Source of the DNA: a phage
Reading direction: 5' to 3' (one strand)
Length of the DNA stretch: 64,000 nt
Sequence record: PX667085.1
This document shows positions 9,897-19,316 of the stretch, one piece after another. How positions within the stretch are numbered: the stretch's first letter is position 1; each line of letters opens with the position of its first letter. The notes beneath the pieces were generated by a model that worked only from the letters and a program-made list of their open reading frames with translations, was not told where the DNA came from and made no database searches. Both the position numbers and the translations under genes were made by a program.

Positions 9897-9915
9897 AAAG
9901 GGGCTTCGGCCCCTT
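9897..9915 (+). terminator. intrinsic terminator
   Basis: AAAGGGGCTTCGGCCCCTT hairpin. Confidence 0.6.
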
Positions 9916-9932
9916 CTAAAAGGAGTGCTACT

Positions 9933-10691
9933 ATGGGAAATAAAACCGCAGCTAAAACACAACGGCAGAAACTGGCTAATTCAGCAAAGATTGAAAGCCG
10001 TTATGCAGCAAAAGCGGTAGGTAATGACGATTACCGTTTAGATGAATTTATGCCTGAAGGGGACCAAAATAAGATTGTTCAAAGCATGATTTGGAATGAT
10101 CTGACTGTTGTAAATGCTCCGGCAGGGACTGGTAAAACCTCTGTTGCTTTATGGAAAGCTTTGCAGATGCTTCGTTCAGGAGACTTCCGTAAACTACTTT
10201 TTATCAAGAACCCTACTGAAGTCGGAGATGATCAGATTGGTTTCTTGTCGGGGGATAAAACAGATAAACTAGCAGCACACTATGAATCTACAAAACGTAT
10301 TTTCCAGCAATTCATGACAGCCAACAAATTGGAAAACGATATTGGATCAGGTAAGATCGAATTGAATATTCCTAACTATTTGTTAGGGGCTACCCTGGAT
10401 AATACAATCGTCATTATTGACGAAGCACAACTTATGTCAACAGAAACACTTAAACTTCTTATTGAACGTGCAGGTATTAATACGCATGTTATTGTATTAG
10501 GCGATGTTCGCCAGACATATGCAATTAAAAAACGTAGCAATGGTCTGCATCAAATTTTAGAACTTTTATATCCAGAAAATGAAGAAGGTGTTCGTGAGCC
10601 AATTGTAGATTTTATTGGATACGTTGAACTGACAACGGACGATAATAAACGTGGACGTTTGTCTAAACTGATTACTGAAGTGTTTATTTAA
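9933..10691 (+). CDS. phoH: PhoH-like ATPase
   Basis: Walker A NAPAGTGKTSVAL; start moved to ATG after the terminator hairpin. Confidence 0.85.
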   Translation: MGNKTAAKTQRQKLANSAKIESRYAAKAVGNDDYRLDEFMPEGDQNKIVQSMIWNDLTVVNAPAGTGKTSVALWKALQMLRSGDFRKLLFIKNPTEVGDDQIGFLSGDKTDKLAAHYESTKRIFQQFMTANKLENDIGSGKIELNIPNYLLGATLDNTIVIIDEAQLMSTETLKLLIERAGINTHVIVLGDVRQTYAIKKRSNGLHQILELLYPENEEGVREPIVDFIGYVELTTDDNKRGRLSKLITEVFI

Positions 10692-10726
10692 TAACATGGC
10701 AGGGAAGCCATTTATAAGGAGGATTG

Positions 10727-11227
10727 ATGGGTGTAGCAACAATAGCTATCGGAAGAAGCGGTATAGATGAGTGCTATCAAACGGGACTCGTAAAACCTAA
10801 CGAATTTCGTCAAATTTGTGTAAACCATATTGAAAAAGAGATTGCTCTTACTTTAGAGAATATGACCCTCCGAGATAAACTGGAAATGTTTAAATGTTGG
10901 TGTCTAGGAGAAGATTGGCTTTTAAACCATTTTCAAGAACTTTCTGATAGTAAAGAAAGCTTGTTTGATTGTATAATAGGAATAGCTGGCTCCGATCCTA
11001 GCCTTCTGCACATAACAGAAGAAGAGGCGAAGTTACTGTTCTTAAGTAATTTGTTTAATAAGAAAGCACTGCTTGTTCGTGATTGCAGTGATCTTCTTAA
11101 TAACCCGCTCGCAACGTCTGATCAAATTTTTGTTGACAAAGAGACACTACGTGCGATAGAATACATCTGCAAATACGTGAATGGCGGGAAAGCGGTTCTT
11201 AAAACATTAACAGAGGAGGAAGAATAG
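10727..11227 (+). CDS. hypothetical protein
   Basis: ORF with RBS AAGGAGGA. Confidence 0.55.
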   Translation: MGVATIAIGRSGIDECYQTGLVKPNEFRQICVNHIEKEIALTLENMTLRDKLEMFKCWCLGEDWLLNHFQELSDSKESLFDCIIGIAGSDPSLLHITEEEAKLLFLSNLFNKKALLVRDCSDLLNNPLATSDQIFVDKETLRAIEYICKYVNGGKAVLKTLTEEEE

Positions 11228-11919
11228 TGACGACAATTATTGCAACCAAAAATAAGATTTTGAGTGACGGTAAGGTAACTTTTGGTGGACGTGTAGATTC
11301 TATTAATTTCAAAAAGGTCCGAAAAATTGGAGATTACCTTGTAGGTGGTGCTGGTCGTCTGACATCCGTGCTTTCTTTCTTTCAATGGTTTGAACAAAAT
11401 CTACAGTGCGAAGCAGCACGTGATGCTGTCCCTGGTTTGATGATTCACTCTGATCCAGATAAAGAAGATGAAGAGTTTATTGCACTTGTTGTTCATCCAG
11501 ACGGACGTATTTTCCTGCACGAAGGTAACAACCCAACACGTGCATATCCGATTGATGAAGAATATTATGCAGTAGGGAGTGGGTCAGATTTTGCTTTAGC
11601 TGCTCTTGATGCAGGGGCAACACCAGAACAGGCTATGGAAGTAGCTAAAAAGCGAGATGCTTTTTCTGGTGGTGAAACATTTATTGAAGAACAAGACGAG
11701 ATTATTGAATTAACAGATGATGATTTAGAAAACTTCTCCAAAGAAGAATTGATCAATCTTTTGAAATTCGGTAATCCCTACGGTGAAGAAGAACCTCGTA
11801 ACGTGGCAGGTAACGAGGCGGATACTGAAGAAAAATCTGTTGCAGAAAACAACTTGACTTCTAAATCTGAAAATATTAATCTCGTAAATGTGGCGGATTT
11901 CGAAGAAACCGCTATTTAA
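11227..11919 (+). CDS. HslV/proteasome-like Ntn-hydrolase with acidic C-terminal tail
   Basis: Begins M-TTIIATKN (Thr right after Met), GGAGR and YAVGSGSDFALAAL resemble HslV; GTG start after GGAGGAAGAA. Confidence 0.5.
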   Translation: MTTIIATKNKILSDGKVTFGGRVDSINFKKVRKIGDYLVGGAGRLTSVLSFFQWFEQNLQCEAARDAVPGLMIHSDPDKEDEEFIALVVHPDGRIFLHEGNNPTRAYPIDEEYYAVGSGSDFALAALDAGATPEQAMEVAKKRDAFSGGETFIEEQDEIIELTDDDLENFSKEELINLLKFGNPYGEEEPRNVAGNEADTEEKSVAENNLTSKSENINLVNVADFEETAI

Positions 11920-11925
11920 CAAACT

Positions 11926-11946
11926 GCCCCTTCGGGGGCATTTCTT
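11926..11946 (+). terminator. intrinsic terminator
   Basis: GCCCCTTCGGGGGC hairpin then ATTTCTT. Confidence 0.6.
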
Positions 11947-11964
11947 AAACATAGGAGATTAATA

Positions 11965-12399
11965 ATGTTACAAGTTCCTGCTAAGTTTGTTGAAGGCGCT
12001 ATCCACTCTTACCGTCAAACATGTAAGAGAGCAAGAAACTGTTTAGATGGTCTGGTGGCAAAAACCTATACTGTTGAAAAGAAAAAACGTTGGTTTGGCA
12101 AAGATGTTTACGAAGTTAATATTTTTGGTGAACATAAACTAAACCACGATACTCCTGAAAACATGTTAGAAATATTTCTAAGAGATGATAAAATATCTCC
12201 TATGGATTACCAACTTTTAAAATTTTATGATTCTTCTTTGGCTATTGATAAGTTTGTTGAAGATATTCTGTCTAGAAAAACAGATAAAAACACTTATCCT
12301 CTAGAGGCTGATCAAATAGGATTATTAAACGAGATTTCATCTTTTAAAGAGTTGGATAATATTACAAAAGAGGAGATTTTAGATGGCATTAGATTATGA
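11965..12399 (+). CDS. hypothetical protein
   Basis: 144-aa ORF. Confidence 0.55.
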   Translation: MLQVPAKFVEGAIHSYRQTCKRARNCLDGLVAKTYTVEKKKRWFGKDVYEVNIFGEHKLNHDTPENMLEIFLRDDKISPMDYQLLKFYDSSLAIDKFVEDILSRKTDKNTYPLEADQIGLLNEISSFKELDNITKEEILDGIRL

Positions 12400-12892
12400 T
12401 CGCCCAACGAGCGATTATTATCCGACACCGCAAAAAGCAATCAATAGTTTGTTTAGTGTTATAGATTTCAAAAATCTAAAGGAAGAAGGTTGGGTTTTTG
12501 CAGAACCTTGCAGAGGTGAAGCTGAAGCGATTTATCGCCATTTTCCTGAAGGTTCAGAATATTGCGAACTTGAAGAAGGTAAAGATTATTTTAGTCATGA
12601 ATGGGAAAATCGTCCCGACATTATAATTACAAACCCTCCATTTAAGTTAGCAATGGAGTTCTTGGAAAAGAGCTTAAAAGAGGCGGATGTTTGTATTTAT
12701 CTTCTTCGGTTGGGCTTCTTGGAGTCAAAGAAACGACGAGAGTTCCATCAAAAGAATCCACCAACAAACCTTATAGTCCTTTCAGAACGGCCTTCGTTTG
12801 TTGCAGGTGGAACAGATAAGACAGCATACGCTTGGTATGTATACGACCCAAAGAATCGTTTGGGCCTCTCTCAACCATTTTATTTTGTTTAA
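12383..12892 (+). CDS. putative DNA N6-adenine methyltransferase (small, NPPF motif)
   Basis: IIITNPPF catalytic motif IV of amino-methyltransferases. Confidence 0.55.
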   Translation: MALDYDRPTSDYYPTPQKAINSLFSVIDFKNLKEEGWVFAEPCRGEAEAIYRHFPEGSEYCELEEGKDYFSHEWENRPDIIITNPPFKLAMEFLEKSLKEADVCIYLLRLGFLESKKRREFHQKNPPTNLIVLSERPSFVAGGTDKTAYAWYVYDPKNRLGLSQPFYFV

Positions 12893-12904
12893 GGAGTGTG
12901 AACT

Positions 12905-13141
12905 ATGGGTAAACTAATTATGACAGTGGCTATTGATTTTGATGAAGTAGATGAAAGCCTCAACCTTTCACTTTCTACTGACGTAGATGGCGAAATGGAT
13001 AATATTGAAGCAGCTACTGCTCTTTTCTTCAAAAAAGCCATTGAAGTTTATGCCGAACATGCTGCAAATCAGGCAGTAGATTACGGTGGTATCGTGCGAG
13101 CTTTAGTTCACTCTACCGAGGGCAATGACTGGGAAGATTAA
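12905..13141 (+). CDS. hypothetical protein
   Basis: 78-aa acidic ORF. Confidence 0.45.
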   Translation: MGKLIMTVAIDFDEVDESLNLSLSTDVDGEMDNIEAATALFFKKAIEVYAEHAANQAVDYGGIVRALVHSTEGNDWED

Positions 13142-13344
13142 TGGCTTACAATTATTACTGCATTTATGCACATGAAAAGAAAAAAGGTGACACTGGGACT
13201 AACGTTTATGCGGAGTCCGAATCTCATGCAAAAGAGATTGGTGCTATCCTTTTATCACGCTGGACTGGAAATAATTACAGTGCAGAAGATATGTTTGCAG
13301 AAGTGGATTCTAGTATCCAAGAAGACAACATAACAACTACGTGA
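13141..13344 (+). CDS. hypothetical protein
   Basis: 67-aa ORF. Confidence 0.45.
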   Translation: MAYNYYCIYAHEKKKGDTGTNVYAESESHAKEIGAILLSRWTGNNYSAEDMFAEVDSSIQEDNITTT

Positions 13345-13353
13345 TATACTTAT

Positions 13354-13377
13354 ACTCCCTTTTCGGAGGGAGTATTT
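13354..13377 (+). terminator. intrinsic terminator
   Basis: ACTCCCTTTTCGGAGGGAGT hairpin then ATTTT. Confidence 0.65.
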
Positions 13378-13389
13378 TAAGGAGGGATT

Positions 13390-13584
13390 ATGCAGAGCGG
13401 AGAAGAACTTTTAGAGAAACAATTCTCAACGCGTCAACAAGCTTTAAGTTATATGGTTTTTCTAAGCAATCTTGATGTGAATGAGATACTTTTACGGCGC
13501 GAAGGTAATTTCTGGAGCGTTAAATATCATGCAACAAGGTCTGTAATCTACCTGGAAGAGGCGGAATTCTCTTTGGTAGAATGA
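13390..13584 (+). CDS. hypothetical protein
   Basis: 64-aa ORF, RBS AAGGAGGG. Confidence 0.5.
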   Translation: MQSGEELLEKQFSTRQQALSYMVFLSNLDVNEILLRREGNFWSVKYHATRSVIYLEEAEFSLVE

Positions 13585-13598
13585 TCCGAGGAGTAGTT

Positions 13599-14171
13599 AT
13601 GCGTTCAACTTTCACTGGCAAAATAAATGCTGGTTTGATTTTTACAGCAGTAAGCATTCTTAGCAAAAAGTTTAAAGTTGTTAACTTACCTGTGTGTGTC
13701 GATTTCGATCATGTTTTTGATCCTTCGAACCCCACTCGTTGCATAGTAAGGAGTAATGTTGAAAACCCAACAGAAAATCTTTTTTATGTAACAAAACCAT
13801 CTCAAAGCATACTTAACCAGGTTGAGGCGAAATTGATACCTAACGGTAAATATTACTCCTTTTTACCTTGTAAGTCGGTTGAAGTAGAGAATAGCAATAC
13901 TTTCGCTAATAACTTGTCTGTATTCGTTTTCTTTGTTTCACAGGAAGACGAAACAGATGAAATGGTAGCAACAGTGAGATCACTTTATGACTCTTTAGGG
14001 GTTGTTTATAGTCAACAAGTGTGCGAAAATAATAAAGCCTGTGTAGATTTCATTATCAACGGTATTTGTGTTTGTAGAGTAGAATCTTTTTGGCTGCACG
14101 ATACATATGTGACTGTAGCAGAGGTTATATCTGAACCAAGATTTAGTCATGCGGTTTCGTTAATAATTTGA
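13599..14171 (+). CDS. hypothetical protein
   Basis: ORF; internal ATG with RBS GAGGAG chosen. Confidence 0.5.
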   Translation: MRSTFTGKINAGLIFTAVSILSKKFKVVNLPVCVDFDHVFDPSNPTRCIVRSNVENPTENLFYVTKPSQSILNQVEAKLIPNGKYYSFLPCKSVEVENSNTFANNLSVFVFFVSQEDETDEMVATVRSLYDSLGVVYSQQVCENNKACVDFIINGICVCRVESFWLHDTYVTVAEVISEPRFSHAVSLII

Positions 14172-14181
14172 GGAGGAAGGA

Positions 14182-14511
14182 ATGGAAATTACTACAGAAC
14201 AAGCCCTTATCGACGAGGGTCGTAAAATCTTAGAAAAGTATTTAGGGGAGATTCATAAAACCCCTGGCTATTTGGGTTGGAGAATTGTTGAAGCTGTAGA
14301 TTTCCTTCCTCGTAACAGTAAAAACGTCGAAATGCGATCTCTTTTCTTATTAGTAAAGGTGGATGGGGATACACCTTTTAAAGATGCCGCAGAACATATT
14401 GAAAAAGTTGAAGAGAAAGCTTATGCAGAATTTGCCGATCTTGTTTTAGAACAAGAGATTGAAGGAAAGGTGAATATTTTTATTTTCTTAGATTTTGAGG
14501 AGGATAAGTGA
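14182..14511 (+). CDS. hypothetical protein
   Basis: 109-aa ORF, RBS GAGGAGGAAGG. Confidence 0.5.
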   Translation: MEITTEQALIDEGRKILEKYLGEIHKTPGYLGWRIVEAVDFLPRNSKNVEMRSLFLLVKVDGDTPFKDAAEHIEKVEEKAYAEFADLVLEQEIEGKVNIFIFLDFEEDK

Positions 14512-15251
14512 TCATACACAAAGAAATTACTGTTAAAAGCGATCAAGATCTTTTTATAATTGGAGATCTACACGGTTGTTATAATTTGTATGAAAAAGGA
14601 AAGGCAAAGTTAGGTATCCGAGATACAGATGTGGTTGTATCTCTAGGAGATCTTACTGACCGTGGAAAGCAAAACTTTCGTTGTGTTTTAGAATTTACTC
14701 GTAAACACAATCGCTACGCTATTCGTGGCAATCATGAAGACATGATGATTAAAGGTATGCTGGAAGGAGATCGTAGCTACTACGAGTGTTGGTATCAAAA
14801 TGGAGGATATACGGTCTTTGAAGAATGTGGTGAAGAAGGAGCTACAGCCTTAGCAATGATGACAGAAGATTTACCTGTTGTTCTCATTGTTAACTACAGA
14901 GGCATGAAACTTGCGTTTATTCATGGTGGGTATCCATCTTCTTTGGAATATCTCCCTGTAACAGATATTCCAGAATACATTTCGAAGATGACAAAAACAC
15001 AGGAAAACCGTTTTGCTGAAGCACTTATGTGGGACAGAGATATGGTAGACTGTGCTAAAGAGGGAATGAAACTTCCTGTTGTGATGGGTGTGGATTATGT
15101 GTTTCATGGACACTCTTATGTAAAAACACCTATTATCAATGCGAATCGTGTTTATATGGATACTGGATCTGTGTTCAATAATAACTTAACATTTGCTTAT
15201 TTCGATATGGACGGTGGTCTTCAATTTTATTCAACTCTTGAGGAGGATTAA
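14508..15251 (+). CDS. Ser/Thr protein phosphatase (calcineurin-like metallophosphoesterase)
   Basis: GDLHG, GDLTDRG and GNHE motifs in order. Confidence 0.85.
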   Translation: MIIHKEITVKSDQDLFIIGDLHGCYNLYEKGKAKLGIRDTDVVVSLGDLTDRGKQNFRCVLEFTRKHNRYAIRGNHEDMMIKGMLEGDRSYYECWYQNGGYTVFEECGEEGATALAMMTEDLPVVLIVNYRGMKLAFIHGGYPSSLEYLPVTDIPEYISKMTKTQENRFAEALMWDRDMVDCAKEGMKLPVVMGVDYVFHGHSYVKTPIINANRVYMDTGSVFNNNLTFAYFDMDGGLQFYSTLEED

Positions 15252-15559
15252 TGTATAAGATTACAATTATTCAAAGTGTAGGTAATATCCGTAAAGAAGT
15301 TATCTTAGAAACAGAAGATGTTAATCTTGTTCGTGAGATTGTTCTTAAGGAAGATAACCTGCAAGCTGTAGAATCAGATGCACCGAATCTTATGGTGGAT
15401 CAAGAATATTCTGAACTTCGTCGTATTTTTGAAGAGATTCAGAAGAAAGAAACACAACCGACCATAAAACCTTTTGGTCCTTATGATCCGAGCAATCCTA
15501 GCAGTCCTTGGATCATGAGAAATACGGAACCGTATACACCTTTTGAAATTACTTGTTGA
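15251..15559 (+). CDS. hypothetical protein
   Basis: 102-aa ORF. Confidence 0.5.
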   Translation: MYKITIIQSVGNIRKEVILETEDVNLVREIVLKEDNLQAVESDAPNLMVDQEYSELRRIFEEIQKKETQPTIKPFGPYDPSNPSSPWIMRNTEPYTPFEITC

Positions 15560-15566
15560 GGTGATT

Positions 15567-16148
15567 ATGGCAGAACTGTTCTACACGGGAGTTGGAAGTA
15601 GAGACATATCCGAAGAAGAGTGGGCTTTGATGGTAGGCATAGGGAAATGGCTTTCAAACCTTGGGTTTAAATTAAGGTCTGGGAAGGCAGAGGGTAGTGA
15701 TTCTGCTTTTGAAACAGGTGTCCAAGAGTCTGAAAATCCTACTAACAAGGAGATTTATGTTCCTTGGGAAAATTTCAAAGGTAATCAGATTCCAGGGGAT
15801 GTTATTGTTCTTGCAAAACCAGATACAATGAACTATGCTATCTCTGTGCAATGGATCAAAGATGTTCACCCAGCCTATGAAAAGCTTAAGCAGGGTGCTA
15901 GAAAATTGCACCAACGTAATGTGCATCAAGTGTTAGGTAGAGATTTGGAGAATCCTGCTCCATCATGTTTCTTGTTGGCTTGTGCTAATACTGATAAACA
16001 TGGAGATGCAAAAGGTGGAACAGCTACGGCTTGGAAGATAGCTAAAGCCAATAATGTTCCTTGTTTAAACATTCGTGGGAAAACAAAACAAGAGATTTAC
16101 GATTTTCTACGACCTTTGGTAATGAGGGCAATAACAAGTGATTCCTAA
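15567..16148 (+). CDS. DprA/Smf-like (SLOG Rossmann-fold) protein
   Basis: YTGVGSRDIS ... LRSGKAEGSDSAFETG pattern resembles DprA core; tentative. Confidence 0.4.
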   Translation: MAELFYTGVGSRDISEEEWALMVGIGKWLSNLGFKLRSGKAEGSDSAFETGVQESENPTNKEIYVPWENFKGNQIPGDVIVLAKPDTMNYAISVQWIKDVHPAYEKLKQGARKLHQRNVHQVLGRDLENPAPSCFLLACANTDKHGDAKGGTATAWKIAKANNVPCLNIRGKTKQEIYDFLRPLVMRAITSDS

Positions 16149-16650
16149 ACGTAAACGTGGTGAACAAAGAACAAACTTGGCAGAAATCTTAGATTACAAC
16201 ATGGTTAATGATGTGACAAAAGAAATTCTGCCTGTTGTAGAAGATATTCTTCAAAGAGGGTTACGATTCTGCTCGGATCGGGTGCATTTCATGTGGACAC
16301 ATAAAAGTGACTCCGCTTTGAATTTCTATCCTTTGGATTATACTCTAAACAATACAGAGATGAAAGATATCAACAAATACTTAATGGGATATAAAGATAT
16401 AACCGAAACCGTTCTTGGAGAATTGGCAGAAATCTTGGCTAACGATATCCTTAGAAATATTAATAAGGCTCTTGACAGAAGCCCAGCAGGAGTAGTAGTA
16501 TCTTTTGCTGTGCCAGATATGGTTAAATATGAGTCTACAATACCTAATAAAGCTTATGCCTTTCTTCGGAGAGACGTTCGTGGAAATGTGTTGGAGATGG
16601 AGTCAAACTACAAGATTGAGGAGGTTTTATGGCAGAGTTCGGATCAGTAA
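16138..16650 (+). CDS. hypothetical protein
   Basis: 170-aa ORF. Confidence 0.5.
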   Translation: MIPKRKRGEQRTNLAEILDYNMVNDVTKEILPVVEDILQRGLRFCSDRVHFMWTHKSDSALNFYPLDYTLNNTEMKDINKYLMGYKDITETVLGELAEILANDILRNINKALDRSPAGVVVSFAVPDMVKYESTIPNKAYAFLRRDVRGNVLEMESNYKIEEVLWQSSDQ

Positions 16651-16919
16651 CAAGTTTTGAAAGTAACTTCGTTACCGCTTGGGAAGCTTGGGATGAAATG
16701 GGTGTTGGGGAACTTTATTTTTACAATGTAACACTACGTCCAGAGTATGCTTACCTGGTACCAGAAGGAACAGTTCAAATTGGCATGTATTTGTCTTCTC
16801 AAGACGGTGTTGTTCAATTTGAGTTTTATTCTAACACAACGGACAACGAATTTACATATCGTGCATTTCATGTCAACATGTCTTTAGGAGAGGAGAAATT
16901 TTATGACGACCAAGTTTAA
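16629..16919 (+). CDS. hypothetical protein
   Basis: 96-aa ORF. Confidence 0.5.
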   Translation: MAEFGSVTSFESNFVTAWEAWDEMGVGELYFYNVTLRPEYAYLVPEGTVQIGMYLSSQDGVVQFEFYSNTTDNEFTYRAFHVNMSLGEEKFYDDQV

Positions 16920-17100
16920 AACAGTAGAAGAAGCCGTAAAAGCAGCTTATGAGGCTTTAGCGGAAGCAGAGCAGTTAGCAGATGAGACTGGTAAAGGTTT
17001 CCGTTTCTCCCCTGAATATGGGATGGGTGGCTATTATGATCCAGAAGATGAAAATGAGAATACTGGAACAAATTGGCATCCATCTTCTTTAAGTTGTTAA
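16903..17100 (+). CDS. small acidic protein, C-terminal NWHPSSLSC
   Basis: 65-aa ORF; member of WxSSSC C-terminal motif group. Confidence 0.5.
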   Translation: MTTKFKTVEEAVKAAYEALAEAEQLADETGKGFRFSPEYGMGGYYDPEDENENTGTNWHPSSLSC

Positions 17101-17111
17101 TAGGAGGTAAA

Positions 17112-17387
17112 GTGGGAATCGAAGATATCAAAGGTTATAAGGCGCATACTGACGATAAGATTGGCAAGGTTAACGCTATTAAAGATGCAGAAGAGCGTTT
17201 AGGTTTAATCTTCAAAGCTTTAGAGGAAGAGTATTGTGAAGCATATCATGGGTCTTTTGACGGCACAGAAAAAGAATTAGATCTTGCATACGAACGTATT
17301 GATCAAATCCGTTGTGCTATTAAACATTTAAAAGAAGCTAGTATGTGGGCTTGTCGTTCAGTTTTCCAACCAGAGGAGAAATACTAA
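17112..17387 (+). CDS. hypothetical protein
   Basis: ORF; GTG start after AGGAGGT chosen over table start. Confidence 0.4.
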   Translation: MGIEDIKGYKAHTDDKIGKVNAIKDAEERLGLIFKALEEEYCEAYHGSFDGTEKELDLAYERIDQIRCAIKHLKEASMWACRSVFQPEEKY

Positions 17388-17605
17388 TGAGTGATCGTAA
17401 TGTTGAAGAATTAACTGAAAAAGCCCAAGCTATTATGGCTTTAGTGGACGAACTTACAAAAGAAGCTGAAGATGCTGGTTTTGGTCTTAGTTTAGAAAAT
17501 GACGCAATCTGTTTTGAAGATTGGCAATCCTCTTCTTGTTATGGTGAAGGTGATGATGGTTTCGTCGTTAATTCTCAAGGCGTTTGGCACAGTAGTAGCT
17601 GTTAA
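17387..17605 (+). CDS. small acidic protein with WQSSSC and C-terminal WHSSSC
   Basis: ORF starting MSDRNVEEL; repeated WxSSSC motif. Confidence 0.5.
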   Translation: MSDRNVEELTEKAQAIMALVDELTKEAEDAGFGLSLENDAICFEDWQSSSCYGEGDDGFVVNSQGVWHSSSC

Positions 17606-17614
17606 GGAGAGATT

Positions 17615-17887
17615 GTGGAGTCTGAAGGCGAACTGCTGATAAAAAAGAAAGTTAAAGAGATGGAACAAGCACAAAGAAAGTTCCGTAAGGAGATTGAAGA
17701 ACTTTGTGAACAGTTTCAGGAACAAGCTTGGATAGGTGACTACGGTAACGGAGAAACTTATTACCCTACAGGAACGCCAGCCGCAGATCACTATATTGAT
17801 TTCATTTGTGAAGATTATGGTGTAGAGTTGGATGAAAATGGTTTAACCACAAGAGGTGTTTGGATCTCTTCTTCCTCAATGTGTTAG
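17615..17887 (+). CDS. small protein, C-terminal WISSSSMC
   Basis: 90-aa ORF, GTG start after AGGAGAG. Confidence 0.5.
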   Translation: MESEGELLIKKKVKEMEQAQRKFRKEIEELCEQFQEQAWIGDYGNGETYYPTGTPAADHYIDFICEDYGVELDENGLTTRGVWISSSSMC

Positions 17888-17895
17888 TAAATAAT

Positions 17896-17918
17896 AACCC
17901 GCTTCGGCGGGTTTTTTA
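17896..17918 (+). terminator. intrinsic terminator
   Basis: AACCCGCTTCGGCGGGTT hairpin plus TTTTTT. Confidence 0.75.
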
Positions 17919-17947
17919 TTGACAGGAATCTGGAAGCTTGATAAACT
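17919..17947 (+). promoter_or_regulatory. sigma70-type promoter TTGACA-17-TAAACT
   Basis: Hexamers read directly, immediately after terminator. Confidence 0.55.
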
Positions 17948-17977
17948 TAACCTATCAACCAATAGAGGAGAAATATT

Positions 17978-18919
17978 ATGGTGTTAATTGGTAGCCGTGC
18001 ATTGCAAATTCATGCTATGGACATGGGAAAAGACTTGTATCGCCCTTGTGTAGATTTAGATTACCTGTGTACAGAACAAGAGTGGGAAGAATTATCAAAA
18101 ATGTTCTCTCAAGAGGAGTTTGTTGAACTTGTAGAACGTAAAGGAAACAAAGGCCATGTCAAAATGATAGCTGGTGCACATTTGGAATACGATATTGCTT
18201 CTCAAGGAGATAGCACAGAAGCTTTGATTAGTTATTGTGAAGATTCTGATGATGTTCGTCGAACTTACGCTGGACATGTTGTTGCTCCTTTAGATGTGCT
18301 CTACCTTCTTAAAATGAGTCATCGTTTTAAAAAGGATAGTCCTCACTTCTTTAAAACTATGAAAGATATTCATTTCATGCGGTCACTGGGCGCAAAGATC
18401 CCAGAAAATCTTAAGAGTATTTATGAGTTGCGTGAGAAAGAAACATACACTTACTCTCATCCGAACTTAAACGTAAAAAGTAAAGACTTTTTTAAAGGTG
18501 ATGAGGTTCCGTATGTTTATGATCATGATTCTATCCATGAAGCAATCGCGGTAATGGATGCTCCGGCATATAAATCTTATATGAAAGATGGAAGTGAAGT
18601 TATGACCAGCAAAGAAAAGTTTTTTGCTCAACCAAAACATGTGCGCCTGTTAGGTGTTTATGAAGAAGCGTGTGTTTTGGCTTTGGAACGTTCACAAATT
18701 CCTTTCGGTGGAGAGATCGGAGGTCCAACCCCTAAGCAAAGTTTTATAATGGCTTTATCTAAAGTCTGCACATCCATCACTAGTGGTTGGTTTAGGGAAT
18801 ATGCTTGGGAAAACTTTTATGTTGTTATTAAGCTATATGAAAACATGGGCGAAAACGACTATGTTGAACGTTTTAAAGCTAATCAACATGTAGTAAAGCC
18901 TTTTGAAGGAGGTTATTAA
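17978..18919 (+). CDS. hypothetical protein (313 aa)
   Basis: Long ORF with RBS GAGGAG; no family recognised. Confidence 0.6.
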   Translation: MVLIGSRALQIHAMDMGKDLYRPCVDLDYLCTEQEWEELSKMFSQEEFVELVERKGNKGHVKMIAGAHLEYDIASQGDSTEALISYCEDSDDVRRTYAGHVVAPLDVLYLLKMSHRFKKDSPHFFKTMKDIHFMRSLGAKIPENLKSIYELREKETYTYSHPNLNVKSKDFFKGDEVPYVYDHDSIHEAIAVMDAPAYKSYMKDGSEVMTSKEKFFAQPKHVRLLGVYEEACVLALERSQIPFGGEIGGPTPKQSFIMALSKVCTSITSGWFREYAWENFYVVIKLYENMGENDYVERFKANQHVVKPFEGGY

Positions 18920-18920
18920 T

Positions 18921-19316
18921 ATGTGTGGATATCTTTCAGAAAGTTATTTCAAAGTGACGCATGAGGATTTAGAAAAAGCACGATTGAAACTGACAGCTAT
19001 TATTGAATACTCTAATACTGTTGATCACAGATTAAAGACTACTAAAGTATCTGTTCCTTGTTGGTTAGGTTTACGGCATAAAATAATGTCTCAACATGAC
19101 CATGTTGTTCGAGAGATGCATGGTTGGTGTTGGTTTCACGATGTGGCTCTGCATTTTGGTTATATTACAGAAGAAGAGCATAGATTCTGTGAACTAACAT
19201 ATCGTATTCCAACCCTTCACGATTTAGATTTGTGGAAGAAAGCAAACGAGATTTTTCTTACAGAAAGTGATTGGCGTAAAGTTATGGCTTGTCTTGAATG
19301 GAGGGGTAATGAGTAA
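18921..19316 (+). CDS. hypothetical protein
   Basis: ORF; ATG after AGGAGGT. Confidence 0.5.
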   Translation: MCGYLSESYFKVTHEDLEKARLKLTAIIEYSNTVDHRLKTTKVSVPCWLGLRHKIMSQHDHVVREMHGWCWFHDVALHFGYITEEEHRFCELTYRIPTLHDLDLWKKANEIFLTESDWRKVMACLEWRGNE

